A stretch of 64,000 nucleotides of DNA from Thermoproteota archaeon (GTDB taxonomy: Archaea > Asgardarchaeota > Njordarchaeia > Njordarchaeales > Panguiarchaeaceae), in contig JANJXX010000001.1 in NCBI GenBank assembly GCA_024720975.1, forward strand, positions 319,408 to 383,407, in the 5' to 3' direction. The notes under the pieces are model-generated. The model was not told the DNA's origin. It worked only from the letters and a program-made list of their open reading frames with translations, and ran no database searches. The position numbers and the translations under genes were made by a program. Shown in pieces: positions 48,388-57,834 of this stretch (position 1 is the first letter of the stretch; every line of letters starts with the position of its first letter).

Positions 48388-49488
48388 CTATTGTTTATTT
48401 CCAACATCAACACTTTGCATTTTCAAGAGCAAATCTAGAGCATTCTCCTTGTGGTCGGAATCTACAATGAAGTAAATAAGTTTCTTTTTAAATGGATCGC
48501 CATATACGACAAGCGACCCCTCGGGAGCAAGCATCGTTGCTGGGAACCCTAAAAGATCCTCTTCACCATATACTGTTACTATGGTGGGATTTTCTTGAAC
48601 AAAAGCTATTAGAGTAGCATACCAAGATTCCGTTGATATTCTGCCCGGCGGATTTATTACAGGAATCATTGGTGGAACATCAATAAGTTTCGTCTCTTCA
48701 TTAATGCAGTAGAAAGTCGCGTAACTGACTCCTTTCCGCTGAATTTTAAAATCCACCAGGGCAACCGAGACCGGGTAGCCAAACCTCAACAAATTCACAA
48801 ATGCTGCATCACCAATCGCTATTACCCCACTTTTCTTAAACAGCTGGTAGTCAGGTAGGTACTTTGGCGATGTTATAGCTGCACCTTTTGGCTCCCGAAT
48901 TTTCTTGATAACTTCATTTGTAAGTCTAAGCTCTGGTGGTCTAGGCGGTGGGAAGAAATCATTTAGTCTGTATCTTGTCGATGATATTATTTCTCCATAA
49001 GGATCTCTAAGGAGGGGAATTCGAAGTATCTTTAACGGACTCAATCCATACTCTAATCTCAACTCGTTAAGTTTAAACGTTCTTTCTGTTACAGCAGGCT
49101 CGTTTGAAATCACTATTGAGTCAATATCCACAGCAAATTCTGAAGTAGTTGCAGGAGAGTACGGATCCTCGAGTTTATACATGTATGTTGCATTAGACTT
49201 ACCTAAGCTAGAAATGAATTCCTCAACTCTTTTCTTCCTCAAATCATAGGGTTCTATTAACTCCGCCGCAATTTTTCTTAGGCTTTTAGCATATTGGTCT
49301 GAGGTGACACAAACAAGAACTCTCTTAGAAAAGATTAAAGCGACATTAATTAAGGTTTTGTGGCCAATGTGCAGGCGATCAAATGTACCTCCTATTGTAC
49401 AGAAATTGAAGTTTACATTCCCAATTTGTAATTTATTCGGCGTTGGTAATCTTTTAATAAACCTCTGAAGTTGCGGTATGTTCCACAA
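48388..49488 (-). CDS. coaD: Fusion of phosphopantetheine adenylyltransferase and DUF359 GTP-dependent dephospho-CoA kinase
   Basis: GGTFDRLHIGH...ISSTR, then AIGD, VDFKIQR, NPPGRI, GEEDLL, VVYGDP. Confidence 0.9.
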   Translation of the reverse strand: MWNIPQLQRFIKRLPTPNKLQIGNVNFNFCTIGGTFDRLHIGHKTLINVALIFSKRVLVCVTSDQYAKSLRKIAAELIEPYDLRKKRVEEFISSLGKSNATYMYKLEDPYSPATTSEFAVDIDSIVISNEPAVTERTFKLNELRLEYGLSPLKILRIPLLRDPYGEIISSTRYRLNDFFPPPRPPELRLTNEVIKKIREPKGAAITSPKYLPDYQLFKKSGVIAIGDAAFVNLLRFGYPVSVALVDFKIQRKGVSYATFYCINEETKLIDVPPMIPVINPPGRISTESWYATLIAFVQENPTIVTVYGEEDLLGFPATMLAPEGSLVVYGDPFKKKLIYFIVDSDHKENALDLLLKMQSVDVGNKQ

Positions 49489-49598
49489 ATCGAATCCCAG
49501 TTAGATTTGCGGGCTCTATAAGGATTCCATAAAATTCAAGAAACTTAACTTCTGAAATACATTTAGCTTCAAAGCGATATTCACCTCGTCCTCTAAGG

Positions 49599-51728
49599 TC
49601 AAAGCTTTATCTGGATCCCGCATCTATTTTTTGCAGCAATGCCACGCTTAAATTCTAACACTTCCTTTGCACCTATAACAGCCCGTCCTAATGCAATCAA
49701 ATCTCTATTTTCATTGAGTACGAGAACTTCATCAGAAGCTCTGATTTGCGGATCCACATCAACGACAAACTTCGAGAATATACTCTTCCCATCTCTAACA
49801 AAGGGCTCTGCTTCATCTTTTAGAATTATACTGTATTGGAGCTTGTCTTTGAATTTCTCCCATAGTCTATAGGCGAGAAGTGGTTGCGGAACGATTTTGA
49901 AGCTTTCAGCAACTAGGGAGGCCATAAGCCACGTTCTACCTCTATTAACAAAAAGTTCTTGATATGGATCTTCGGGTACTTCCTCACCTTTCTTGATTTT
50001 ATCCTTAACGATTTCCTCTAACTCCCATTGAATTATTCTCTCTTCACGCTCCCTAACGTCTGTGGCATAGATCTTTCGGAGCACTCCAGTCGTACGGGAG
50101 TACTCGAACTTTACTCCTTCAACGACACTATCTGCTTCTTGTCCAAATTGAAACTTAAGCATTGCCTTAGTGACGTAGAGTCTAACTTTTTCGATGGGTA
50201 TTACTCCTACGTCTTGACCTGTGTATATTTCTCCAAATCCCAGATAATCTCGAAGTTTCAAGGCATACTCTTTGTTTTCATCGTAAATGTATACCTCCTT
50301 GAACTTGCTTAATAGGTATGTTTCTATGGTATCCTTAGTCCATCTCAATGCATCCTCGGATATTGCCGTGCGGTAGGATATATGTTGGAAGAGAGGGTAT
50401 ACCATTCTAATTTCTCGAGGAATGAGACAGAAAATATCGTCTAGTATCATTACCTGCGCATCAAGATACGTGGGTAATTTATGAGCACCCCTGGGCGTTG
50501 TAACTATAAGTTTGTCACTCCAGATGAAGATACGCTCTTTCATGCGACTTTTATACCTCAGCACTGCTGGCAGGTTTATCTCTTCAGGTCTCGTTATGAG
50601 AATTCCCCTCCTTTTAAATGTTGGTTCGTACAACTCAAAGAATTTGTAGATAGCATCTTTTCCACTTAGTAAGAGATTATATGCACGAGCTAGCTCTGGA
50701 TGCGAAGACGCTCTTTGTGCAACAAGTTCCCAAAGCGTTCCCTCCCATATTGACTGTTTTATTCTCTTCAGCTCAGCCATAATTACATACAAGTTATGCA
50801 TAGCTAAGTGATGCTGCCGCTCAATAGGAACCATTTCTAAGAGTTCCTTTGGTGAGTACTTGGTACAAACTGGACAGCTACATGGAAAATATTCCATGCG
50901 TTTAATGTTGTAAGTTCCATGCGTAGTCAAATAGCGACCGTCTTTCGCGGCCAGAGCATAGAGTGCACTATCAAAAGTATCGAATCCTAATAGAACAAAG
51001 AAACTAAAGGTCATGGGATGGCCAACACCAAATAGGTGAAGTGGATAATTTGATGGAAAATTCTGTTTAACGAACAAAGCCGATCTTACGAGCTGATATA
51101 TCTGGTATTCCTCTACATAGGGTACCAAACTTCCTAGCGCATACATTTTGAATGGAAATTTAAGCATTTCTCGAGCGGAGTACTCCAATAAGGTTTCTAT
51201 GGGATTGCCGTGCAGAGGACCTACCCAAATAATCTCACTCTCCTCGTTAATAAAACCACTTTTGCATGCTTCCTGAGCTCGTCTTATAGTTTCATCAATA
51301 GCTTTCTTTCTGGTTTCTAGATCGCCAGTATATAATGGAACATCGAGAATTACGCCAATGTCCACTCCTATGTCATTTTGAAACTTAACAATCTCTACGT
51401 TCGAAACTTCAACGTCACCATAAACAGAAAGCTGATACGCACCAGAGTCAGTCATAATGGGTCCTTGCCAGTTTCCGAACAACTTATGAATTCCGTTCTC
51501 GAGGGCCAATGTATGAAGCTTTTCATCGCGCCAGATTGTGTAAGCATTAGTTATGAATGCATTATAACCGAGAGTTCTAAGGTCCTCAGGAGATATTACA
51601 GGCACGTGTATATTAACTACAGGAAAGAAGTAAGGCGTGTTTATTATGCCATGTTTGGTAAATATTTTTCCAATCCTTGCAGCAGCGTCTTTTTCTACTA
51701 TCTCAAATACATGCTTCAATATAATCAC
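49599..51728 (-). CDS. tgtA: Archaeosine tRNA-guanine(15) transglycosylase with PUA domain
   Basis: MTDSGAYQ, HLFGVGHP, FDSA, CSCPVC, C-terminal PUA (GKSIFSKFV...DEVLV). Confidence 0.95.
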   Translation of the reverse strand: MIILKHVFEIVEKDAAARIGKIFTKHGIINTPYFFPVVNIHVPVISPEDLRTLGYNAFITNAYTIWRDEKLHTLALENGIHKLFGNWQGPIMTDSGAYQLSVYGDVEVSNVEIVKFQNDIGVDIGVILDVPLYTGDLETRKKAIDETIRRAQEACKSGFINEESEIIWVGPLHGNPIETLLEYSAREMLKFPFKMYALGSLVPYVEEYQIYQLVRSALFVKQNFPSNYPLHLFGVGHPMTFSFFVLLGFDTFDSALYALAAKDGRYLTTHGTYNIKRMEYFPCSCPVCTKYSPKELLEMVPIERQHHLAMHNLYVIMAELKRIKQSIWEGTLWELVAQRASSHPELARAYNLLLSGKDAIYKFFELYEPTFKRRGILITRPEEINLPAVLRYKSRMKERIFIWSDKLIVTTPRGAHKLPTYLDAQVMILDDIFCLIPREIRMVYPLFQHISYRTAISEDALRWTKDTIETYLLSKFKEVYIYDENKEYALKLRDYLGFGEIYTGQDVGVIPIEKVRLYVTKAMLKFQFGQEADSVVEGVKFEYSRTTGVLRKIYATDVREREERIIQWELEEIVKDKIKKGEEVPEDPYQELFVNRGRTWLMASLVAESFKIVPQPLLAYRLWEKFKDKLQYSIILKDEAEPFVRDGKSIFSKFVVDVDPQIRASDEVLVLNENRDLIALGRAVIGAKEVLEFKRGIAAKNRCGIQIKL

Positions 51729-51804
51729 GACCTAAGCGATTTTCATCATAACCTTTAAATGATTCAAGAGATATAATAGTGAGTTTCGAGATGCGTGATT
51801 ATTA

Positions 51805-52068
51805 ATGCGAACTGCATCAGCTTTATTTATTGTAACATTGATAGCATCGTTGATCATACTGCTTCTTATAGTTATGCATATCCTTCCTATGGGATTCTTC
51901 CTTATCGTACTCCTACCCTCTATAGGAGTAATCAAAAACACCAAGGGTTTAAGAACGCTACACCATTTTAAGGAGCATCCGAGTAAAGTGTTGTTCTGTC
52001 CGAATTGCGGGTTCCCGCTAGGAGGGTATGAGAATTTCTGTCCGAGATGTGGATTTAGAATTCGGTAA
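51805..52068 (+). CDS. Small membrane protein with C-terminal zinc ribbon
   Basis: Two hydrophobic helices, then FCPNCG...FCPRCG. Confidence 0.75.
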   Translation: MRTASALFIVTLIASLIILLLIVMHILPMGFFLIVLLPSIGVIKNTKGLRTLHHFKEHPSKVLFCPNCGFPLGGYENFCPRCGFRIR

Positions 52069-52083
52069 AGAGCCGGTGTAATT

Positions 52084-53685
52084 ATGGATGATCCAATTAG
52101 CGAACTCAGAAGACTTGCAGACAGGTTGCAGAATCTGTTGAAAAGCAAAAATATTGAGCCCCGAGCTTATCAATTTTGGATAGTCAATGCCATATGTAAG
52201 GCTAAGATTGAGGGAAAAAACGTAATACTAGAACTCGATGCCGGTATGGGAAAACGGATAATAATGTACATGATTACTCAACTTTTTGATAATGAAAGAA
52301 TACTGATAATAAGCCCTTCTCGTGCGTCGATCTGGGATATGGCTATAAAATTCCGAGAGCTTTCAGGCAGTGATGAATGGTTTGGCGTCTTAACTGGCGG
52401 AACGCCGAAATGGTTGAAGAGAGGACTTTTATTGAATAGACGTGTAATTCTTGCAACTCCGATATCACTTGCAGGAGCGCTAAGGCACCAAGAAGTCGTT
52501 CCCAAGTTTGATATAATCATTATAAACGAAGCCGACAAAGTGATTCGACGTGTTGCTAGGACAAAGTGCACGGGAGTATCCTTTACTCACAAAATTAGAT
52601 TCTTTGAAGACCTTATTGGAGAGAAAAATAAATTTGAAGAAGCACCAGATGTTTCATTAGCATACCCTTGGAATATCCTAAAAAGAATTCTACCGAAAGA
52701 CGCGTGCTGGATTGGAATGAGTGGTACGCTGAGAGATGAACATTATACCATAGATAGTGAAGGGAGGGTTGTTGTTAGGAAAGAGATCGACACACTAGCA
52801 AATGAACTTTTCCCAAGCAAGGAACTTGTGATATTAACAATGGATTCCCTCCTCGAGAGGACCGACTTAGGTGAATATATTATCAGGAACCTAACGATAA
52901 TCAGGCCCGTGGGTGTCGAAGATCCTAATGTAGAGATCATATCGAGTGAAATCTCTGCCGAAATCGAAAGAGTGGTAGATAAAATACTCGAGCGCAACCG
53001 TGAATTGTATCCGGCCGAGGAGACCCAATTCCGGACGCGGGAGAAAGTTATGGACACAATTGCAACCCTACCAAATACCGATCCATTAAAAGTAAAGTTT
53101 CTCAAGTTGGCCTTAGCTCGAAGACACCTATTTGCTGGAACGCCGTCAAGTTACTTTAAATTCTTAGCGCGACCTATGATCAAAAAGTTAATCAAGGAGC
53201 ACAGGCAAGTGGATTTAGAGGATATACTACCTCGTGAATCGAAAAAAATGCAAGCAATAATCGAAATTATGAGAAGCTGGTGGGAGCATAGGGAGAGTAG
53301 TATTGTAATATTAGCGTCATTTGTACGAACCGCACTTGATATTATCAAGCGCCTAAGGAATGAAGGCGTTAATAATGTGTTGCTACTAACGGGGAAAGTG
53401 AAAAACAAAAAGCTAGTACTCGAAAAATTCAAAAGTATGAAACAATCTGTTCTAGTGCTAACACCCGTAGCTGAAAGGGATTTAGATCTTCCCGAAGCTG
53501 GCCTAGTTATAGTTCACGACGTTGTATCCACTGCGAAGAGTATGTATCAACGCATCAAGCGCTCCAGACGTGGCTTGGTTATTATCTTGTACTACAAAAA
53601 CACCCATGAAGAAAAGAAAGTTAAGGTATTGCTTACAAGGATTATAAAAAGATATCCCTGGAGTGTAAGGATTCTTAGCAGGTAA
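52084..53685 (+). CDS. SF2 (Hef/Mph1-like) helicase with degenerate motifs
   Basis: EPRAYQ, LDAGMGK, ILATP, INEADK, GMSGT, AERDLDLPE, QRIKRSRR. Confidence 0.8.
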   Translation: MDDPISELRRLADRLQNLLKSKNIEPRAYQFWIVNAICKAKIEGKNVILELDAGMGKRIIMYMITQLFDNERILIISPSRASIWDMAIKFRELSGSDEWFGVLTGGTPKWLKRGLLLNRRVILATPISLAGALRHQEVVPKFDIIIINEADKVIRRVARTKCTGVSFTHKIRFFEDLIGEKNKFEEAPDVSLAYPWNILKRILPKDACWIGMSGTLRDEHYTIDSEGRVVVRKEIDTLANELFPSKELVILTMDSLLERTDLGEYIIRNLTIIRPVGVEDPNVEIISSEISAEIERVVDKILERNRELYPAEETQFRTREKVMDTIATLPNTDPLKVKFLKLALARRHLFAGTPSSYFKFLARPMIKKLIKEHRQVDLEDILPRESKKMQAIIEIMRSWWEHRESSIVILASFVRTALDIIKRLRNEGVNNVLLLTGKVKNKKLVLEKFKSMKQSVLVLTPVAERDLDLPEAGLVIVHDVVSTAKSMYQRIKRSRRGLVIILYYKNTHEEKKVKVLLTRIIKRYPWSVRILSR

Positions 53686-53691
53686 GTTAGG

Positions 53692-54672
53692 TTGAGGTAC
53701 ATACTAGGGATAGAATCAACATCACATACCTTTGGAATAGGTCTAGTTGGACTTGACACCGGTGAAATCATTGATATATCAAGCACGTATACTCCTAAAG
53801 TAGGCGGAATACATCCTAGAGAAGCAGTTGAACATCACACAAAAGTCGCTCCACAACTACTTCAGAAAGCAATGGAGTACCTAAAACGAAGAGGAGGAAG
53901 GTTAGTAGCAATTGGTTTTTCAAGGGGACCTGGACTTGGTCCATGTCTACGTTTAGGAGCTACTTTAGCAAGAGCTCTCGCAGCACAGCTCTCTCTTAAG
54001 CTGTATGGTATACATCATGCGATAGCACATATTGAAATTGCGAAAAAAATAACGAATTCAAATGATCCACTCGTTGTTCTAGTATCAGGAGGACATACAA
54101 CCATAGCGTCTAAGGAAGGAAGTAGATACAGAGTTTGGGGTGAGACTCTAGACATATCCCTCGGAAATCTGATAGATATGTTCATGAGAGCTGCTGGATA
54201 TCCATCACCCGCCGGACCCCTGTGCGAGAAATTTGCGGCGGAGACGCAGGAGTACGTCGAGATTCCATATGTTGTAAAAGGAACTGACCTTTCCTTCTCG
54301 GGAATGCTATCAGCATTGAAAGCGAAATTAAATGAGGGTCTTGATGTAAGGATCCTCTGTAAAAGTCTTCAGGAAACCGCCTTTGCCATGTTGTGCGAGG
54401 TCGTCGAACGCGCGCTAGCTCACTCAGAAAAAGCTGAAATACTCCTATGCGGTGGGGTAGCAAATAACAAGAGGCTCCAAGAAATGCTCAGCTTAGTAGC
54501 AAAAGAGTGGAATGCAAAATTTGCAGTCTCGCCGCGCTGGAATAGTGACAATGGGTGTATGATTGCCTACACTACTATGTTGTATTACTTAAATGGTGCC
54601 AAGCCGTTAGAAATAGAAGAAAGCTACGTTCTACCACTCTGGCGAATGGACAGTGTAGATTTGCCCTACTAG
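53692..54672 (+). CDS. kae1: KEOPS t6A threonylcarbamoyltransferase Kae1
   Basis: LGIESTSHT, GPGLGPCL, HHAIAHIE, VSGGHT, GGVANN, DNG. Confidence 0.96.
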   Translation: MRYILGIESTSHTFGIGLVGLDTGEIIDISSTYTPKVGGIHPREAVEHHTKVAPQLLQKAMEYLKRRGGRLVAIGFSRGPGLGPCLRLGATLARALAAQLSLKLYGIHHAIAHIEIAKKITNSNDPLVVLVSGGHTTIASKEGSRYRVWGETLDISLGNLIDMFMRAAGYPSPAGPLCEKFAAETQEYVEIPYVVKGTDLSFSGMLSALKAKLNEGLDVRILCKSLQETAFAMLCEVVERALAHSEKAEILLCGGVANNKRLQEMLSLVAKEWNAKFAVSPRWNSDNGCMIAYTTMLYYLNGAKPLEIEESYVLPLWRMDSVDLPY

Positions 54673-54802
54673 AGTTATACAGAGCTCGTTTAGGCTTGTT
54701 TAATGACAATTTATGCCTCACTTTTACTATCATACGACTGTTTTAATAATCCCGAATAGTGAGTATTCATCTCGAAAGTTCATGATATGGTGTTTTTGAC
54801 AT

Positions 54803-55006
54803 ATGCCGAAGGAGATAACTGATGTAAGCAAGATTGACGATATCCTCAAACAGACCTCGGAGATTAGAATTAAACGCCGCGAGGATTCTGTGAAGGTCAA
54901 GTTTAGAACTAAGAGGTACTTATACACAATAAAGCTTTCACCAAAAGAATTCGAAGCCATTTATCCTAAGCTACGTGAATTAGGAATAAAGATCGTCGAA
55001 TTTTAA
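54803..55006 (+). CDS. rpl38e: 50S ribosomal protein eL38
   Basis: MPKEI...RIKR...KVKFRTKRYLYT. Confidence 0.88.
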   Translation: MPKEITDVSKIDDILKQTSEIRIKRREDSVKVKFRTKRYLYTIKLSPKEFEAIYPKLRELGIKIVEF

Positions 55007-55038
55007 ATCCTGCCATAATTAGCGGAGGTAATCTGCCT

Positions 55039-56289
55039 ATGACAAAGCATAAAATAAAAAGCATTGACCTGGCTGAGGATGGACAAAAGCGTATATTGTG
55101 GGCACAGAGCTTAATGCCAACATTAAAGCTTATAGGAGAGGATTTTTCTAAAACAAAACCTTTGAAGGGATTGAAAATAGGGGCATGTCTACATGTAACA
55201 AAAGAAACCGCAAACTTAATGATAGCTCTCAAAAACGCTGGTGCAGAAGTTTTCTTATGCGGGTCAAATCCACTCTCGACACAAGATGACGTAGCTGCAG
55301 CCCTTGTAAAGTACCACGAAGTTAGCGTATTCGCATGGCGCGGTGAGACTGAAGATGAATACAAAGAGATGTTAAGAAGAGTAATTGAAAGCGAACCGAA
55401 TATAGTCATAGATGATGGCGGAGATTTAATCGTTATGCTTCACGAGGAATATAAAGACTTAGCTAAGGATATTCTGGGAGGTGCTGAGGAGACAACTACA
55501 GGGGTTTTAAGGGAAAAATCTTTGGAGCGTGATAGGAGACTTTTGTTCCCAGTTATTGCCACCAATGATGCCACCATAAAGAGACTGGTAGATAACAAAT
55601 TTGGCACTGGACAATCCACAATTGATGGTATATTGCGAGCTACATCTATTCTCCTAGCTGGAAAAACTGCTGTCGTCGCTGGATACGGTTACGTAGGGCG
55701 AGGAATAGCCCAGAGATTAAGGGGTCTAGGAGCTAGAGTTATTATAACTGAAGTTGATCCTATAAAGGCCCTAGAGGCACACTATGATGGCTTTCAAGTC
55801 ATGCCAATGGATGAGGCAGCTGAACTCGGTGATATATTCATAACAGCAACAGGGAATATTGATATAATACGCAAAGAGCACCTGTTAAAGATGAAGAACG
55901 GAGCAATACTATGCAATGCTGGCCACTTCGACGTCGAGATAAATCTTAAAGACTTAAGAGAGATCTCCACTGGAACAGAAAAAATCAATTACTGCGTAGA
56001 AAAGTATAGTTTAGAGAATGGACGGTATGTTTACTTACTGGGATGCGGAAGACTTGTCAATCTTGTCTGCGGCGAGGGGCATCCTCCTGAAGTCATGGAC
56101 ATAAGTTTCTCACTACAAGCGCTAGTAGCGAGGTATATTGCAAATAATTACGACAAACTTGAGAAAAGAATATACCAGGTCCCATATGAGATTGAGGAAG
56201 AAGTTGCTATGTATAAATTAAAAGCCTTAGGAATAAAGCTTGATGAATTAACACCCAGGCAGAGGGAATACTTAAAGAGCTGGAAGTAA
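55039..56289 (+). CDS. ahcY: Adenosylhomocysteinase
   Basis: CLHVTKET, SNPLSTQD, DDGGD, EETTTG, GYGYVGRG, NAGHFD. Confidence 0.97.
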   Translation: MTKHKIKSIDLAEDGQKRILWAQSLMPTLKLIGEDFSKTKPLKGLKIGACLHVTKETANLMIALKNAGAEVFLCGSNPLSTQDDVAAALVKYHEVSVFAWRGETEDEYKEMLRRVIESEPNIVIDDGGDLIVMLHEEYKDLAKDILGGAEETTTGVLREKSLERDRRLLFPVIATNDATIKRLVDNKFGTGQSTIDGILRATSILLAGKTAVVAGYGYVGRGIAQRLRGLGARVIITEVDPIKALEAHYDGFQVMPMDEAAELGDIFITATGNIDIIRKEHLLKMKNGAILCNAGHFDVEINLKDLREISTGTEKINYCVEKYSLENGRYVYLLGCGRLVNLVCGEGHPPEVMDISFSLQALVARYIANNYDKLEKRIYQVPYEIEEEVAMYKLKALGIKLDELTPRQREYLKSWK

Positions 56290-56347
56290 GTTTTTAAATG
56301 AAAAAACGTAAAGGATTAGGAAGAGAACTGAATGATGGTGATGCTAA

Positions 56348-56722
56348 ATGTCATACGTAGACTGGCAGGCACCTGAACCCCTAATGGAGGAAGCTACCGA
56401 ATTTGTTAGAAAGGCTAGAGAGGCAGGGGGACTCATCAAAAAGGGAATTAATGAGACTACTAAAGCCATCGAGAGAGAACAAGCTAAACTTGTCCTGATA
56501 GCATCTGATGTTAATCCTCCTGAGATAGTAATGCACTTACCACCACTGTGCAAAGAGAAGAACATTCCATACATTTTCGTTAAATCAAAAGAGGCGCTAG
56601 GAGCAGCTGCTGGTATCAAACGCCCAGCGAGTAGTGTAGCCATTGTCGATCCGGGGAAATTAGCCAGGGAACTTGAATCTCTAATACGAAAGATAAATGA
56701 AGCCCGATTAGGAAAACGCTAG
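56348..56722 (+). CDS. rpl7ae: Ribosomal protein L7Ae (eL8)
   Basis: [13 protein letters not shown]...DVNPPEIV...LGAAAG. Confidence 0.97.
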   Translation: MSYVDWQAPEPLMEEATEFVRKAREAGGLIKKGINETTKAIEREQAKLVLIASDVNPPEIVMHLPPLCKEKNIPYIFVKSKEALGAAAGIKRPASSVAIVDPGKLARELESLIRKINEARLGKR

Positions 56723-56732
56723 GTGCTCTCAC

Positions 56733-57035
56733 TTGTCTTCAATTGAAGAGAGGAAGCGAATAGAAGAAGCCGAAGCTTTGCTAGAAAGCCGCAGTCCGGA
56801 AGAAATGGAAAACATAGTAAAGACCATAGGAATGCCTTGCATTGTTGAGTGGATAGACCCCGATCGCTACGGACGCGCAGGCGAAATTATACGAGTCCGA
56901 TGCCGACTTATGGCAGGTAAGGACAAGGGAAGAATTATAACTCGAAATGTTAAAGGACCTGTACGCGTAGGAGATATACTAATGTTACGTGAATGGGAAA
57001 GAGAAGTCCCAAAGGTAAAAGCGCGCTCCCGCTAG
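56733..57035 (+). CDS. rps28e: 30S ribosomal protein eS28 with N-terminal extension
   Basis: GRIITRNVKGPVRVGDILMLRE, located between L7Ae and eL24. Confidence 0.93.
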   Translation: MSSIEERKRIEEAEALLESRSPEEMENIVKTIGMPCIVEWIDPDRYGRAGEIIRVRCRLMAGKDKGRIITRNVKGPVRVGDILMLREWEREVPKVKARSR

Positions 57036-57075
57036 CGGAGGATCTACTATCTATCAGTAAGCAGTAGATACTTGG

Positions 57076-57297
57076 GTGTCTAAGCTGACCAAATGCGATT
57101 TTTGTGGCAGACAGATAATAAATCCGGCAACATTGTTCATCTACGTCCTTAAAACGGGGCGTGTGTTGCATTTCTGCTCCGGAAAGTGCCGAAAGAATTA
57201 TCTACTTGGTCGCTCACCACGTAAGACTCTATGGACACTTTATCGCAGGGGAGCCAAGCAGACTAAAACTAAGGAAAGCCCAGAAAGAGCTAGATGA
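57076..57297 (+). CDS. rpl24e: 50S ribosomal protein eL24
   Basis: CDFCG...FCSGKCRK...PRKTLWT. Confidence 0.95.
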   Translation: MSKLTKCDFCGRQIINPATLFIYVLKTGRVLHFCSGKCRKNYLLGRSPRKTLWTLYRRGAKQTKTKESPERAR

Positions 57298-57673
57298 GAT
57301 TGAACAGTCGAAGCATATCAAGAGATTTTTGCGATGTTTTTTCAGACCTTCCAGAATTGATTAATAATATCCTAGCGATCAGTGAGACCTCTTGCTGCAG
57401 CAGTTTAATTAAACCTTCTATGTCCTTAGCACTTGTAGAATCATAATAAACAGTCATATCTATTCGGATAAACTCTTTGTTTACATCAACGACAGCATTC
57501 ATAGGAACCTTAAGCATGTAGTCCTTTCCCCCGACGATTAAGTATACAGTCTTTGTCCTTAAATCCAAAAACATGCCCAGACAAACGCCTACGAGTGCTG
57601 AATTTTTGTCAATGACCTCTTTTCCGACAATTTCACCAGGTACGTTATACTCAAATAGCTTAACAGCAGTCAT
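57290..57673 (-). CDS. PRC-barrel domain protein
   Basis: IVGKEVIDKN...VG...FLD...VPMNAV...EFIRI. Confidence 0.7.
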   Translation of the reverse strand: MTAVKLFEYNVPGEIVGKEVIDKNSALVGVCLGMFLDLRTKTVYLIVGGKDYMLKVPMNAVVDVNKEFIRIDMTVYYDSTSAKDIEGLIKLLQQEVSLIARILLINSGRSEKTSQKSLDMLRLFNLI

Positions 57674-57714
57674 ATAAACTCATCAAGTTTATCAGCGGGT
57701 CTCTCTTTATGAGC

Positions 57715-57722
57715 TTTATAAA
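57715..57722 (+). promoter_or_regulatory. TATA box for the C/D sRNA and downstream gene
   Basis: TTTATAAA about 30 nt upstream of the sRNA 5' end. Confidence 0.55.
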
Positions 57723-57750
57723 TGTAGAAAATATTGTGACAATATCTCAC

Positions 57751-57816
57751 GGTAATGATGATTCTAGGCGTTTCTGAGAGGGCAACTCTATGACGAACTG
57801 TAGCCCATCTGAACAC
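57751..57816 (+). ncRNA. C/D box sRNA
   Basis: ATGATGA(C)-TTCTAGGCGTTT-CTGA(D')-GAGGGCAACTCT hairpin-ATGACGA(C')-ACTGTAGCCCAT-CTGA(D). Both guides are 12 nt. Confidence 0.88.
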
Positions 57817-57834
57817 TCTAAGGTGCATTATTAA

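Noticed and set aside
13658-50060. Insertions in eS17, TBP, RFC-L and TgtA as inteins or BHB mRNA introns
   Set aside because: All are in frame and read as amphipathic helical protein, with no intein terminal His-Asn/Cys motifs. I saw no boundary-pairing BHB in the eS17 case, which is the only one I inspected at nucleotide level.
51700-51750. Minus-strand ATGATGA at the tgtA 5' end as a third C/D sRNA
   Set aside because: There are no convincing D', C' or D boxes at the correct spacing.
57797-57808. The sRNA D guide shares CTGTAGCCC with the tRNA-Tyr exon-intron junction
   Set aside because: It is the same sense as the pre-tRNA rather than complementary, so it cannot guide it. Probably coincidence.
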